From assembly GCF_046119375.1 (NCBI RefSeq), contig NW_027362770.1, forward strand, positions 194,680,001 through 194,744,000: a stretch of 64,000 bases of DNA. The letters run 5' to 3'. The translations under genes were made by a program, and so were the position numbers. Below are positions 63,784 to 64,000 of the stretch, in pieces. The notes under the pieces are model-generated. The model made no database searches. It was not told the DNA's origin and worked only from the letters and a program-made list of their open reading frames with translations. The DNA is from Phyllobates terribilis. Taxonomy: Eukaryota. Within the stretch, counting starts at the first letter, position 1. Every line of letters starts with the position of its first letter.

Positions 63784-64000
63784 TGACGCGCCCCCCGGGC
63801 CCGTGCCGCGCGGGGGGATGCCCGGACCCGGGCCTTCTGTAAGATGCTGGGGGCTGTAGTCTCCGTGTGGCGGCGACCCGGCCCGCGCCCAGGGCGGTCA
63901 AACCAGTGGCAGTCCCGATGTATAGCAAATGTCCGACCACGCCACCCATGGATCGCGGTCAGCGGGAACCGCCGCCGCGCTGCAGACCGCCGAGGCCGAT

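Overview
Vertebrate (most likely frog; inference from TE families and minisatellite types) repeat-rich locus, not prokaryotic. Host genes are three replication-dependent histone H2A genes (identical proteins, stem-loops intact) and one histone H1 gene, all on the minus strand, with no H2B, H3 or H4. They lie in a partly triplicated cassette filled with nested transposons. These include nine Helitrons of one family: one full-length RepHel copy with a disrupted ORF and eight shorter ones, two joined by exact CTAG|TC junctions. There is also a Tc1 element whose transposase 3' end has expanded into a 71-bp VNTR, hAT elements and a hAT MITE, TTAA piggyBac-like non-autonomous elements, a Gypsy RT fragment, a deleted CR1, and a near-intact full-length CR1 LINE. 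Most ORFs in the supplied track are artefacts of tandem repeats. The main candidates for new biology are four. (1) Helitron internal arrays built from NF-Y CCAAT boxes plus CDE-N4-CHR-like modules, upstream of RepHel. (2) A CR1 LINE with a tandem 127-bp 5' UTR carrying octamer and splice-donor motifs, a splice acceptor before ORF1, and an in-frame U_UUA_AAC slippery site that would fuse ORF1 to ORF2 by a -1 frameshift. (3) A 20-copy array of the U7 snRNA-binding element directly after the H1 stem-loop. (4) H2A-only cassette amplification with only synonymous divergence. All functional claims are inferences from motifs and have not been tested.
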